64,000 nucleotides of DNA from Verrucomicrobiia bacterium (GTDB lineage Bacteria; Verrucomicrobiota; Verrucomicrobiia; Limisphaerales; UBA1319). The stretch covers positions 2,080,001-2,144,000 of the forward strand of contig OY760937.1 in NCBI GenBank assembly GCA_963664225.1, given 5' to 3'. The stretch's first letter is position 1. Every line of letters starts with the position of its first letter. This document shows, piece after piece, positions 38,927 through 48,695 of this stretch. A program made the translations under genes and the position numbers. The notes beneath the pieces are model-generated. The model was not told the DNA's origin and searched no databases. It saw only the letters and a list, made by a program, of their open reading frames with translations.

Positions 38927-41900
38927 TTATGGAACCAAAACCACGCGGTAGAATAACTTGCCAAACATCTTATAGATTAGGATTCGTTTTTGGGTGGTGG
39001 TCGCGGTGAAAGAGGGTTGCCCTATCAAAGTCTGCCATGGTCCCTCGACTGTATCGGTGCATTCGATTTTGTATTCTTTGCCCGGAACGGTCCGGATATA
39101 CAATGCCTCTTGTCCAATGCCCGGGGGAATTCTATCCGCAGTCGATAAATCGTCAGGGCGAGGCGTGCTTTCAAATTTAAGCACAGAATCGGGACTGGTT
39201 GGATCTGTGCCTGCCTGCAATTCCTGAAGATTATTCAGGCCATCGCCGTCGGCATCATCCAATTCGGCGCTGGCTGAAGGATAATGTTCCAATAAACCAA
39301 CACTCCTGGCCCAATCGATATAAGAGGGTTCCCATAACGCAGTGGGTCGCTGTGCAAAAGTGGCCCGCCAGCCTGTGGCGCCTGCGCGGTAATAGACCGT
39401 GACATTCGTGGCTCCTCTAAACAAATTATACGTATCGGATGTCGGTGCATTTCCTTCAAAATACACAACTCTTAAGCCGGAGCAGCCACTCAATCCGTCT
39501 CCCAGGATACGTGTTACATTCGTGGGAATGGTGATATTCGTCAGGCTGGTGCAATTGGCGAATGCAAACGACTCGATGGTGGCGACACTGTGGCCAATGT
39601 TCACATTCGTAAGATTGCTGCACGACGAGAAAGCATTATAACTGATATTGGTGACTCCCGTCGGAATCGTGGCACTTTTCAGGCCAGTGCAACGGTAGAA
39701 TGCAAAACTTCCAAAACTGTTGAGATATTTGGGAATGGTGACTTCCGTCAGGCTGGGGCAATTGGCGAATGCACTCTGCCCGATTCTTAGGACGTTGTCA
39801 GGAATGCTGACATTGGTCAGGCTGGTGCAGCCATCGAAAGCGGAATCGGATATATTGGTAACCCCGGTTCCGAAAACCACATTGGTGAGATTGGTGCAAC
39901 CAGAGAAGGCGCTGCTGCCGATATTGTAAACATTGTCTGATATCTTAATGTCAGCCAATGTCGCGCAGCCCTTGAAGGCGTTTGCTCCTATTACGCCTAC
40001 CTTAATGTCTTGAATGATATCCGGGATCACCACGCTGCTATTGCTTCCAGTATATTGAGTGATCGTGACAGTCGATCCGATGGATGAAAAATTAAAACCG
40101 ATCAGATAGGTTAACTTTCCTGCCAGGAATCTGCCCCACCCAGTGGTTCCAGTATAATAATATATTTTGACACTACCGGCGCCAAACGCGTCACTGGCAA
40201 CGTATGAAGGTGCGTTGGCTTCAAATACTATGGATCTCATGCTTCCAGAAAATGCGTTGGACTCAATGTTTGTGACGCTGCCGGGGATGGTGATATTGAC
40301 AAGACGTCCGCAGCCAAAAAACGCATATGATCCAATGTGCGTGAGACCGTCGGGGATTGTGACGTTAATCAAATTATTGCATTGGTAAAATGTTTTACTC
40401 TCAATGCTGGTCACACCGTTCGGGATTTTGATATTCAAAAGCGCAACGCAATTTGAGAAGCACTGGCTCCCAATGCTCGTTGCACTTTCTGGAAGCGCGA
40501 TATTCGTCATCGATATACAGTACGCAAAGGCCGCCGACCCAATGTTGGAAACAGTGTTGGGCAGGGTGACGCTGGTCAGGCTTATGCAGTTACGGAAGGT
40601 TGCATCCCCAATACTGGCGACCCCCTCGGGAATGGTGATATTCGTCAAACCGGCGCAACCGTAGAATGCCTCCGCGCCAATATTCATCACACCGGATGGA
40701 ATCCTCACATCAGTCAGGGCGGTGCACCCATTGAAAGCATCATAACCAATGTTGGTGACACCGTCTGGGATCGTGATATTCGTCAGAGCCGTACACCGGG
40801 AAAACGCATAGTTTCCAATGCTTGCAACGGTGTTGGGAATGGTCACGCTTGTCAGGCTGGCATTTCCTGAAAAAGCATAGTCCGCAATGCTGGTGACCGG
40901 CATGCCGTTGATGGAGTTCGGTATGGTGATGTTTCCTCCGGACCCCATGTAGCCAATGATAGTGTAGGTGGAGCCGATTTGTTGATACGAGAAATCCGGC
41001 GCATCCGCCTTGTCCCACAATGCCGTCGGACGTCCTCCAAACGTCTTTCCCCAGCCAGTTGTTCCGACGCGATAATACACAGTGGCTAGATTATCATAGA
41101 GGAATGGAGCAAATGCAGAAAACAGGCTTGGCGCATTACCCTCAAAATAAACGCCTGTCAGATTCGAACAGTTCCCAAACACATAGCTCTCGATCTTGAA
41201 GACGCTGGCAGGAATCGTGATGCTCGTCAGCCCGGCGCATCCACTGAAGGCGGATTCCAATATAAAGTTGGCCCGATTGGGAATAATGATACTCGTCAGG
41301 CCTGTGCAGTTTAAAAATGCGTTGCTGCTGATGGTGGTAATGGTTTGAGGAATCGAAATATTCGTAAGCCCGGCGCAATCGGAGAATGCATAACCACTGA
41401 GCTTGTTGACTTTATTCTCAATACTGTAGCTGCCGGTCTTGCCTGCCGGGCAAGCGATCAGTGTTGTCTGGCTTTTGTTGAACAAGACTCCATCAACCGT
41501 GCTAAAAATGGAGTTCGTCGGGACTGAATATTCGGTCAGACGAGCGCAGCCAGCAAAAGCGGATTCCCGGACGAGGGTGAGCGTTTGGGGAATCACACAA
41601 GTTCCCGTTTTACCACCAGGAAATTGAAGAAGCGTGCTCTGGTTTTTATTGAACAATACACCATCGATGCTGGAGTAGTTCGTATTGCCGAGGGCCACCT
41701 CAATCGCCGTCAGGCTGCTGCAACGAGCAAACGCATCGACCCCGTAGTAACCCCCAATGCTGATAACACTCTCTGGGATTGCGATATTGGTCAGACTAGT
41801 GCATCCAGAGAACGCTCGATCCTGGATTTGCGTGACGCCGTTGGGAATATTGACGTTTGCCAGATTCGTGGAACCGTAAAACGCTGACCCCCCGATGATG

Positions 41901-42961
41901 ACAACGCCCTCTGGGAGGGTGACGTTCGTCAGCATGGTGCAATAAGTGAACGCCGAATTGCCAATGTTTGTGACACCGTTTGGAATCACATAATCTCCGG
42001 CTTTGCCCGCGGGATATGCCAATAGAATCATATGATTTTTGTCGAATAACACGCCGTCAATGCTGGCATAGGTCGCATTCATTGGATCAACAGTGATAGC
42101 CGTCAAGTTGGAGCAGCGCTCGAACGAAGCTGAAACAATTTTGGTGACCTTATCTGAGATTGTAACATTTGTTAATCCAGTGCATCCATAAAAAGCCATA
42201 CTTCCAATGCTGACCACACTGTTTGGAATTACGATGTTCGTCAGGCCAATACATCCGTAAAAAGCGTGACCGTCGATGCTGGTGACGCTGTCCGGCAGGG
42301 TGATGTTCGCAAGGTTGCTGCACATAACGAACATGGAATCTCCAATATTGGTAACACTGTTCGGGAGAATGGCGTTTGTCAGCGCATAACAATAGGCGAA
42401 CATGCTTGATCCAAGACTCGTGACGCTGTTGGGGATTGCGACCTCCGTCAAACGTCCACAACCGTAAAACACATCCGCTCCAATGTTGGTAACACTGTTG
42501 GGGATCAGTACATTGGTCAGGCCGCCACAGCCCCCGAACACGTCTATATCAAGAAAGGTCACGCTGTTGGGAATCGTTACGCTCGTCAGGCCGCTACAGT
42601 TGCCGAATGCATATCTGTCAAGGAAGGTCACGCCAGTCGGAATTGTTACGCCCGTTATGTTCGTGCCATTATAAAACGCCATATTCCCAATGACGGTCAC
42701 TGGTTTGTCTCCAATCGTATCTGGAATAGTCACATTCCCGCCGGGGCCCGTGTATCCCGTGATGGTGGCCGACAGATCGTTGGTCGTATAAGTAAAGTCA
42801 CCAAAGGTTTCCGCTCTCCCGACGGTCAACAACACTGACAATACAAGGAAGATGGGGATGAGTCTCCATCGAGTGATTGAGGGGCGTTGAATTATCTGAA
42901 TGAAGCCAGCCCGTAAATGAGCCTCCTGAACCAACATGGAAATAGTGTTCATAATCGTCAA
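38927..42961 (-). CDS. BspA-type (LRR_5) leucine-rich-repeat surface protein
   Basis: Many IPNSVTxIGxxAFxGCxxLT repeats in three blocks; C-terminal DADGDG...AGTDP and FYR end. Confidence 0.92.
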   Translation of the reverse strand: MTIMNTISMLVQEAHLRAGFIQIIQRPSITRWRLIPIFLVLSVLLTVGRAETFGDFTYTTNDLSATITGYTGPGGNVTIPDTIGDKPVTVIGNMAFYNGTNITGVTIPTGVTFLDRYAFGNCSGLTSVTIPNSVTFLDIDVFGGCGGLTNVLIPNSVTNIGADVFYGCGRLTEVAIPNSVTSLGSSMFAYCYALTNAILPNSVTNIGDSMFVMCSNLANITLPDSVTSIDGHAFYGCIGLTNIVIPNSVVSIGSMAFYGCTGLTNVTISDKVTKIVSASFERCSNLTAITVDPMNATYASIDGVLFDKNHMILLAYPAGKAGDYVIPNGVTNIGNSAFTYCTMLTNVTLPEGVVIIGGSAFYGSTNLANVNIPNGVTQIQDRAFSGCTSLTNIAIPESVISIGGYYGVDAFARCSSLTAIEVALGNTNYSSIDGVLFNKNQSTLLQFPGGKTGTCVIPQTLTLVRESAFAGCARLTEYSVPTNSIFSTVDGVLFNKSQTTLIACPAGKTGSYSIENKVNKLSGYAFSDCAGLTNISIPQTITTISSNAFLNCTGLTSIIIPNRANFILESAFSGCAGLTSITIPASVFKIESYVFGNCSNLTGVYFEGNAPSLFSAFAPFLYDNLATVYYRVGTTGWGKTFGGRPTALWDKADAPDFSYQQIGSTYTIIGYMGSGGNITIPNSINGMPVTSIADYAFSGNASLTSVTIPNTVASIGNYAFSRCTALTNITIPDGVTNIGYDAFNGCTALTDVRIPSGVMNIGAEAFYGCAGLTNITIPEGVASIGDATFRNCISLTSVTLPNTVSNIGSAAFAYCISMTNIALPESATSIGSQCFSNCVALLNIKIPNGVTSIESKTFYQCNNLINVTIPDGLTHIGSYAFFGCGRLVNITIPGSVTNIESNAFSGSMRSIVFEANAPSYVASDAFGAGSVKIYYYTGTTGWGRFLAGKLTYLIGFNFSSIGSTVTITQYTGSNSSVVIPDIIQDIKVGVIGANAFKGCATLADIKISDNVYNIGSSAFSGCTNLTNVVFGTGVTNISDSAFDGCTSLTNVSIPDNVLRIGQSAFANCPSLTEVTIPKYLNSFGSFAFYRCTGLKSATIPTGVTNISYNAFSSCSNLTNVNIGHSVATIESFAFANCTSLTNITIPTNVTRILGDGLSGCSGLRVVYFEGNAPTSDTYNLFRGATNVTVYYRAGATGWRATFAQRPTALWEPSYIDWARSVGLLEHYPSASAELDDADGDGLNNLQELQAGTDPTSPDSVLKFESTPRPDDLSTADRIPPGIGQEALYIRTVPGKEYKIECTDTVEGPWQTLIGQPSFTATTTQKRILIYKMFGKLFYRVVLVP

Positions 42962-43120
42962 GTAATGTCAGAACCCAAATAGAAGGCAAGCGACAACTCA
43001 TCACCGGGAACACGACAAAATTCAGGAAGATGGCAAAAGCCAAAACTGGGCGAATACGTGGAAGAAGCCTGGTGTGGGCCCCGGGCATATCAAGATGGTG
43101 CGCCTCTGACAGATAGTCTT

Positions 43121-43198
43121 GGTAGGGCGAGGCTCCCGCCGAGCCATCCTATTTTGTCGGCTTGTCGAAGGAAGGCTCGGCGGGAGCCTCGCCCTACC
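43121..43198. repeat. REP doublet (REPIN-like)
   Basis: GGTAGGGCGAGGCTCCCGCCGAGCC and its exact reverse complement separated by 28 nt; GTAG foot. Confidence 0.85.
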
Positions 43199-43238
43199 GG
43201 GTTCATGCGCCCGTCATCGCCGAACGCCTGATAATGTC

Positions 43239-43952
43239 CTACCGTTTGCGATAAACAACGGTATGCGCACGAAGGGCCAGCAGCCGGGCCAATGGCGTCT
43301 GCCGGGCGCCACTCAGCGACTGGTCGATGATTTCAGATTTTCCCGGGCCGCAGGCCAGCACCCACACCTGTCTCGCCGCGACAAGAACCGGCAGCGTGAG
43401 TGTAATGCGTTGGGGCGGCGGTTTCGGTCCCGTGACGTCGGCATAGACTTCGGAACCTTCCAGCACAGACGATGGTGCGTCCGGGAACACGGAAGCGATG
43501 TGGCCATCCTCGCCCACGCCCAGAAAAACCAGATCCAGAATGGGCGTTACATGGTGGTGAGTGTGCGCTGTTCGGAGCAGATCCTGACCCGCTTCGCGCG
43601 CGGCCTCGGCGGGCGGAATCTCGCCTTTGATACGGTGAATGCGCTTGTCCGGTATGCCCAGTGGCCCCAGCAATAATTCATGAGCCAGTCGGTAATTGCT
43701 TTCGCCATCCTGCGGGGATACGCAGCGTTCATCCGCCCAGAAAAAATGCACACCGGCGAGCATTCCGGGCTTGGATGCGGACCGCGCCAGCGTCGCGATT
43801 TCTTTGAAGAGGAGGCGTGCGCCACGACCGCCGGAGAACGCCGTGCATCGAACCGGTGAGGGAGCGGTGCGCAAGCTCGCCAGCCAGCGGCGGGCCGCCG
43901 CCTGGGCAATCGTTTCGTCCGAGTCGAAAACGCAGATTTCAATTGGGTTCAT
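43239..43952 (-). CDS. pgl: 6-phosphogluconolactonase
   Basis: FSGG, WADERCV, SNY, LGVGEDGHIASVFP, KPPPQRITLT. Confidence 0.92.
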   Translation of the reverse strand: MNPIEICVFDSDETIAQAAARRWLASLRTAPSPVRCTAFSGGRGARLLFKEIATLARSASKPGMLAGVHFFWADERCVSPQDGESNYRLAHELLLGPLGIPDKRIHRIKGEIPPAEAAREAGQDLLRTAHTHHHVTPILDLVFLGVGEDGHIASVFPDAPSSVLEGSEVYADVTGPKPPPQRITLTLPVLVAARQVWVLACGPGKSEIIDQSLSGARQTPLARLLALRAHTVVYRKR

Positions 43953-44202
43953 GAGTCCAGTTCACCAGGCTGTTTGCTGATAATGGGATCGCGAACACCA
44001 TGAAACAATTTGTCCCGCGAACCTTGCTTCACCAATACCACGTTAATGATATCGCGCAACTTTGACGCCTGTGCCGAATCTTCCCAAATCACGACTCCGT
44101 TGCCCCCTCTTTTCCATTTGCGTATGCGCCATGGAGGCACGTTTTCTGAAGCAAGGTCGGGAGAGAAAAACCAACGTATGGGACGCACCCCTCCTATTCA
44201 AA

Positions 44203-45420
44203 CTATTCAAACCGCAGCGCGTCGATGGGATCGAGCTGCGCCGCTTTTCGCGCCGGATAAAATCCGAAGAAGACACCGATCACCGCCGAAAACACGAAGG
44301 CCACCACAATGGATTGGACGGACACCAGCGTGTTCCAGCCAAAATTAATCGACACCAGTTTTGCGCCGCCCACACCCAGCATGATGCCAATGAGCCCGCC
44401 GGCAATGCTCAACGTGACCGCCTCGATCAGAAACTGCAGCAGAATGTCCCGCCCGCGCGCTCCCACCGCCATGCGAACGCCGATCTCCCGCGTGCGCTCG
44501 GTCACGCTCACCAGCATGATGTTCATGATGCCAATCCCGCCCACCAGCAGAGAAACGCTCGCAATGGCCCCCAGCAGCACCGTCATGACCCGCGAAGTCG
44601 AGGTTGCCATCTCCGAAATCTCCTCCTGTGTCCGCACCATGAAATCGTCATCGCGACCCTCCGCGATGCGATGGCGCTGGCGCAGCAACTCCGTGATGCG
44701 GGCCTGTGTGGGCGCGAGTTCCTTCGGACTGGACGCCTGAACATTGAAGGAGCGGAACGTGGTGGCGCCGGTCAGTCGCACCATGGCGCTGGTGTAAGGC
44801 ACCAACACAATGTCGTCCTGATCGCTGCCCATCATCGACATGCCCTTCGAGGAAAGCACGCCCACCACGATGAACGGGGCGTTCTTGACGCGAATGATCT
44901 GACCCACGGGATCCAGATCGCCAAAAAGCGATGTGGCCGTGGTCTTGCCAATGATCGCCACCTTGCTGGCGCTGCGGATGTCGGCCTCGGTGAAATTCAC
45001 GCCACTCGCCAAAGGCCAGGACCGGATGTCGATGTAGTCCTCGCCCACGCCCGAAACCTGGATGTTATTATTTTGGTTGCCCACGGCCACCTGCGCGTTC
45101 GCGCGGACTTCCGGGCTCACGCCAACGATTCCCGCCACCTCGCTGCGAAGCGCCGCGTAATCCCCTTTCGTCAATGAAGGGGAACTGCCAAAACCCATGC
45201 CAAATCCGCCGCGGGTGACATTGCCGGACATGATTAAAATAACATTCTGGCCCAGGCTCGCGATTTGGGCCTCCACCTGGGCCTTGGCGCCGTTGCCGAT
45301 GCTGACCATCGCGATGACCGCGCCCACGCCGATGATGATGCCGAGCATGGTCAGGATTGTGCGCATCAGGTTGCGGCGCAACGCTCGGACCGCGAGTTTG
45401 AATGTAGCGAGAGGGATCAT
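44203..45420 (-). CDS. MacB-like ABC transporter permease
   Basis: LTMLGIIIGVGAVIAM, GGIGIMNIMLVSVTERTREIG, PARKAAQLDPIDALRFE. Confidence 0.95.
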   Translation of the reverse strand: MIPLATFKLAVRALRRNLMRTILTMLGIIIGVGAVIAMVSIGNGAKAQVEAQIASLGQNVILIMSGNVTRGGFGMGFGSSPSLTKGDYAALRSEVAGIVGVSPEVRANAQVAVGNQNNNIQVSGVGEDYIDIRSWPLASGVNFTEADIRSASKVAIIGKTTATSLFGDLDPVGQIIRVKNAPFIVVGVLSSKGMSMMGSDQDDIVLVPYTSAMVRLTGATTFRSFNVQASSPKELAPTQARITELLRQRHRIAEGRDDDFMVRTQEEISEMATSTSRVMTVLLGAIASVSLLVGGIGIMNIMLVSVTERTREIGVRMAVGARGRDILLQFLIEAVTLSIAGGLIGIMLGVGGAKLVSINFGWNTLVSVQSIVVAFVFSAVIGVFFGFYPARKAAQLDPIDALRFE

Positions 45421-45618
45421 GACAGTTGAATGGCCTGTTGCTCCTGGCGAAGTCTGGCGATGCTGACCATCGCGATGACCGCGCCCACGCCGATGATGAT
45501 GCCGAGCATGGTGAGGATTGTACGCATCAGGTTGCGGCGCAACGCGCGGACGGCGAGTTTAAATGTGGCGAGAGGGATCATGACAGTTGAATGGCCTGTT
45601 GCTCCTGGCGAAGTTTGG
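45297..45618. repeat. 161-bp tandem duplication spanning the ATPase stop and permease start
   Basis: 45297-45457 vs 45458-45618, 7 substitutions by manual alignment. Confidence 0.92.
45417..45581 (-). CDS. Chimeric 54-aa single-TM mini-ORF created by the duplication
   Basis: [58 protein letters not shown] overlaps at both ends. Confidence 0.5.
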   Translation of the reverse strand: MIPLATFKLAVRALRRNLMRTILTMLGIIIGVGAVIAMVSIARLRQEQQAIQLS

Positions 45619-46354
45619 CGAGTTCGACGGCAGCGGTCAACCGGTTGACCACGGGTTGATTGCTGACGATCCGGCCGTCGCGCATGACGACGGTGCGCTT
45701 GCTGTAGCCGGCGATGTCCAGTTCATGGGTGACCATGACGACGGTGATGCCTTCGTCATTTAGTTTTTGAAAGATGCCCATGATCTCGATGCTGGTGTGG
45801 GTGTCGAGGTTTCCGGTGGGCTCATCGGCCAGCACCAGCTTGGGCTGGTTGACCAAAGCCCGGGCGATGGCGACGCGTTGCTGCTGGCCGCCCGAGAGCT
45901 GGTTTGGATGGTGATCGCCGCGTTCGGCCAGGCCCACGAGGGCCAGGGCGTCGTTGGCGCGTTGGGCCTGCTCGCGGCTGGTCAGCCGATGGCGGGCGTA
46001 AAACATGGGCAGCTCGATGTTCTCGAGGGCCGAGGTCCGGGAGAGCAGGTTGAAGCCTTGGAAGACGAAGCCGATCTTTTGATTGCGCAGGTCCGCCAGT
46101 TCGTCGCGGTTCAGGGACCCCACGTCCACGCCATCGAGCAGATAGGTTCCGCTGGTGGGGCGATCGAGGCAGCCGATGGTGTTCATGAGGGTGGATTTGC
46201 CCGAGCCGCTCGCGCCCATGATGGCGACGAACTCCCCGGGCATGATCTCGAGCGACACGCCGCGCACGGCCGGGACCTCAACTTCGCCCGTCATATAGTT
46301 CTTGACGAAGTTCTCCAGCTTCACCACGGGCTTTGGAGCATCCATGTTATCCAT
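45578..46354 (-). CDS. ABC transporter ATP-binding protein (MacB/LolD-like)
   Basis: [33 protein letters not shown]. Confidence 0.95.
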   Translation of the reverse strand: MDNMDAPKPVVKLENFVKNYMTGEVEVPAVRGVSLEIMPGEFVAIMGASGSGKSTLMNTIGCLDRPTSGTYLLDGVDVGSLNRDELADLRNQKIGFVFQGFNLLSRTSALENIELPMFYARHRLTSREQAQRANDALALVGLAERGDHHPNQLSGGQQQRVAIARALVNQPKLVLADEPTGNLDTHTSIEIMGIFQKLNDEGITVVMVTHELDIAGYSKRTVVMRDGRIVSNQPVVNRLTAAVELAKLRQEQQAIQLS

Positions 46355-46383
46355 AGGCGGCTTGTATCTTGTGTCCGTTTTGT

Positions 46384-47934
46384 TTACCGGGGACGGCCGC
46401 CGCCAAAGGGCCCGCCGAAGGGGCTGGATGCGGCTCCGGCCCGGGTGGCCGTGGCGGACCCGACCTGGTTGGTGCCGGTGATGACCATCGCGCCTTCAGC
46501 CAATCCGCTGATCACTTCGGTGAACGCGCCATCGGTGATGCCCAACTTGACGGAAACGGGCTTGGGCGTGGGGACGCCATTCTCGTTTTCCATGATATAG
46601 ACGGTGCGCGGGGCCGATTCATCCATACGACCGGCCCTGAACCCGCCCATTCCACCGCCCATTCCACCGCCCATTCCACCGCCCATTCCACCGCCCATGC
46701 CCCCGCCCATTCCACCGCCCATTCCACCGCCGGGACCGCCACCGCCGCGTGTGCCGCGGGCCTTCTGGACCTGTTCGCGTTGGGCGGGTGTAAGGCTTTG
46801 CATCCAGGCCTGGACTTCTTCGCGCCCGTTGGGGGATCGACCCTCGGCCACCCACGGAGGCGTGGGGGCGCCGTCCGGCACTGCTGCGGCCATGGCCGTG
46901 CCGCTGCCGGTCGTGTTTGTGGCACCGCGATTCATGCCGGCGCTTCCGACGGTATTGGTCGTTTTGGTCGCACTATTGGGTGTTTTGGTTGTGCGAACGG
47001 CTTCGGGTGGGCGAAACCGCAGGGCGGCGTTGGGCAGTTTGACCACATCGGTCTTCTGCGCGGTGAGAATCGTGGCGTTGGCGGTCATGCCGGGACGCAG
47101 TTTGAGGTCCTTGTTATCCACATCGACGACGGTGGTGTAAGTGACCACGTTCTGGTTGGTGGTGGGGTTGAAACGCACCTGGCGGACCTTGCCTTCAAAC
47201 TGGCGGTTGGGGAAGGCGTCCACGGTGAAATTGACCTGCTGGCCCTCGACCACGCCTCCCACGTCGGCTTCGGAGACCATGGCGTCGATTTCCATTTTGG
47301 AGAGGTCGTTGGCGATTTGGAAGAGGGTGGGTGTGCTGAAGCTGGCGGCGACGGTCTGGCCGACATCGACGGCGCGGGAAATGACGACGCCGCTGATGGG
47401 GGCGTAAATGGTGGCGTGGGAGAGGTCCACACGGGATTTATCGACGGTGGCTTCGCGCATTTGAACGGAAGCCTGGGCCTGATGCAAAGTGGCCAGGGCC
47501 TGATCGGCGTCCGCCTGGGGGATGAGGTCGCCTTTGCGCAGGAGCATGGCGCGATTGTAATTCACCTGGGCGAGTTCCATGCTGGCCTTGGCATTGGCCA
47601 GATCGGCCTCGGACTGCTGGAGATTGGATTTGAGGGTGGCGGGATCGATCTGGGCGATGATATCCCCTTCCTTGACCTTGGAGTTAAAATCCACGCGGAG
47701 TTCATTGATGATGCCCGAAACCTGGCTGCCCACCTGGACGTTTTTGACGGGGGTAAGCTGCCCCGTGGCCGTAACGCTCTGGGCGATATCCCCCCGGGCG
47801 ACTTCGACGGTTCTATACTCGACGGGTGTGTGGCCGTTCTTTTGCATATACCAATAGGCGCCACCGCCCGCCGCGCATAGCAGCAGAAGAATCACGATCC
47901 ACTTCACGGGACTGGATTTACTTTTTCCTGACAT
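46384..47934 (-). CDS. MacA-like periplasmic adaptor subunit
   Basis: VGSQVSG, IYAPISGVV, GQTVAAS, LRPGMTA, PNAALRF; Gly-rich insert. Confidence 0.92.
   Translation of the reverse strand: MSGKSKSSPVKWIVILLLLCAAGGGAYWYMQKNGHTPVEYRTVEVARGDIAQSVTATGQLTPVKNVQVGSQVSGIINELRVDFNSKVKEGDIIAQIDPATLKSNLQQSEADLANAKASMELAQVNYNRAMLLRKGDLIPQADADQALATLHQAQASVQMREATVDKSRVDLSHATIYAPISGVVISRAVDVGQTVAASFSTPTLFQIANDLSKMEIDAMVSEADVGGVVEGQQVNFTVDAFPNRQFEGKVRQVRFNPTTNQNVVTYTTVVDVDNKDLKLRPGMTANATILTAQKTDVVKLPNAALRFRPPEAVRTTKTPNSATKTTNTVGSAGMNRGATNTTGSGTAMAAAVPDGAPTPPWVAEGRSPNGREEVQAWMQSLTPAQREQVQKARGTRGGGGPGGGMGGGMGGGMGGGMGGGMGGGMGGGMGGFRAGRMDESAPRTVYIMENENGVPTPKPVSVKLGITDGAFTEVISGLAEGAMVITGTNQVGSATATRAGAASSPFGGPFGGGRPR
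46643..46731. repeat. 12-bp in-frame tandem repeat encoding (GGGM)x7
   Basis: CCGCCCATTCCA repeated, with one variant unit. Confidence 0.9.
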
Positions 47935-47937
47935 AAA

Positions 47938-48405
47938 TTAATTGTGCTGGGGTTCTGGTTTATGGTCCGGCCTGTCTGCGTCACCTTGGGGCGGCGGGCC
48001 TTGCGGTCGTGGCCCCGGCGGACCTTTACGATCCTTGGGGGGACCCATGCGTTCCCGTTTCATTTCTTCAAATTTGGTTTTCTGCTCCGGTGTCAATAAG
48101 AGGATGATTGTTGCATCCATGTTGCTCATCACCCTGCCGCCATCATCCATCGCCTTTTGATGCAGCACATGAAGCTGGTTGCAGGCCTCTTCCACCAGGG
48201 GCTTGATTTGGGTGTCCTGGTCCGCGCTCAAGCGCAAGTCCGAATCGAACCGGTTCATGATGTGCTCGCTCATGTTCCGGGGCGGAGGCAGCCGGAAGAA
48301 CTGGTGCCGGGCCAGATGGTAGCCGGCAAATCCGCCGGACAACCCGCCCGCGAGAAAGATCCCCGCCATGTAAACCGCAATCTTGGGTTTGGTGAATGGA
48401 TTCAT
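47938..48405 (-). CDS. Membrane-anchored periplasmic Spy/CpxP-like protein
   Basis: N-terminal TM; LSADQ and LTPEQKTKF; paralogous to 21841-22317. Confidence 0.65.
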   Translation of the reverse strand: MNPFTKPKIAVYMAGIFLAGGLSGGFAGYHLARHQFFRLPPPRNMSEHIMNRFDSDLRLSADQDTQIKPLVEEACNQLHVLHQKAMDDGGRVMSNMDATIILLLTPEQKTKFEEMKRERMGPPKDRKGPPGPRPQGPPPQGDADRPDHKPEPQHN

Positions 48406-48695
48406 TGCAACATCGTAAGATTGATGGCCGGATTAAGGACATCCAGCCCGTAGAAATCTTTTTGCGTCTCCTGCTGGTAATGCAGCACGGTCATCGTCAA
48501 CATGATGGCGCAGGCGAACCCCAGGCCAATTCTCAGGAGTCGGGCCACGGGCAGGAAATCCTGATCCGGCGATGCCATCCGCCACCCGGCCAATACGCGT
48601 GTGGGCAGGAAATCAGGCATGGCGCCCGGCGCGGGCTGCGGGGCGCGGGCGGCGGATTTCAACAACCGATCCAATGACTCATTATTGGTTTTCAT
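48402..48695 (-). CDS. Putative single-TM anti-sigma factor
   Basis: LDRLLKSAARAP...TRVLAGW plus a TM helix; overlaps the ECF stop. Confidence 0.65.
   Translation of the reverse strand: MKTNNESLDRLLKSAARAPQPAPGAMPDFLPTRVLAGWRMASPDQDFLPVARLLRIGLGFACAIMLTMTVLHYQQETQKDFYGLDVLNPAINLTMLQ

Noticed and set aside
43949..44188. 79-aa ORF between the permease and pgl
   Set aside because: No recognisable motif and a weak start. Its overlap with the pgl start is suggestive but insufficient.
35618..47880. Long antisense ORFs such as 35618..36997, 44062..45177 and 46369..47880
   Set aside because: They lie opposite well-supported genes, as is common in GC-rich DNA.
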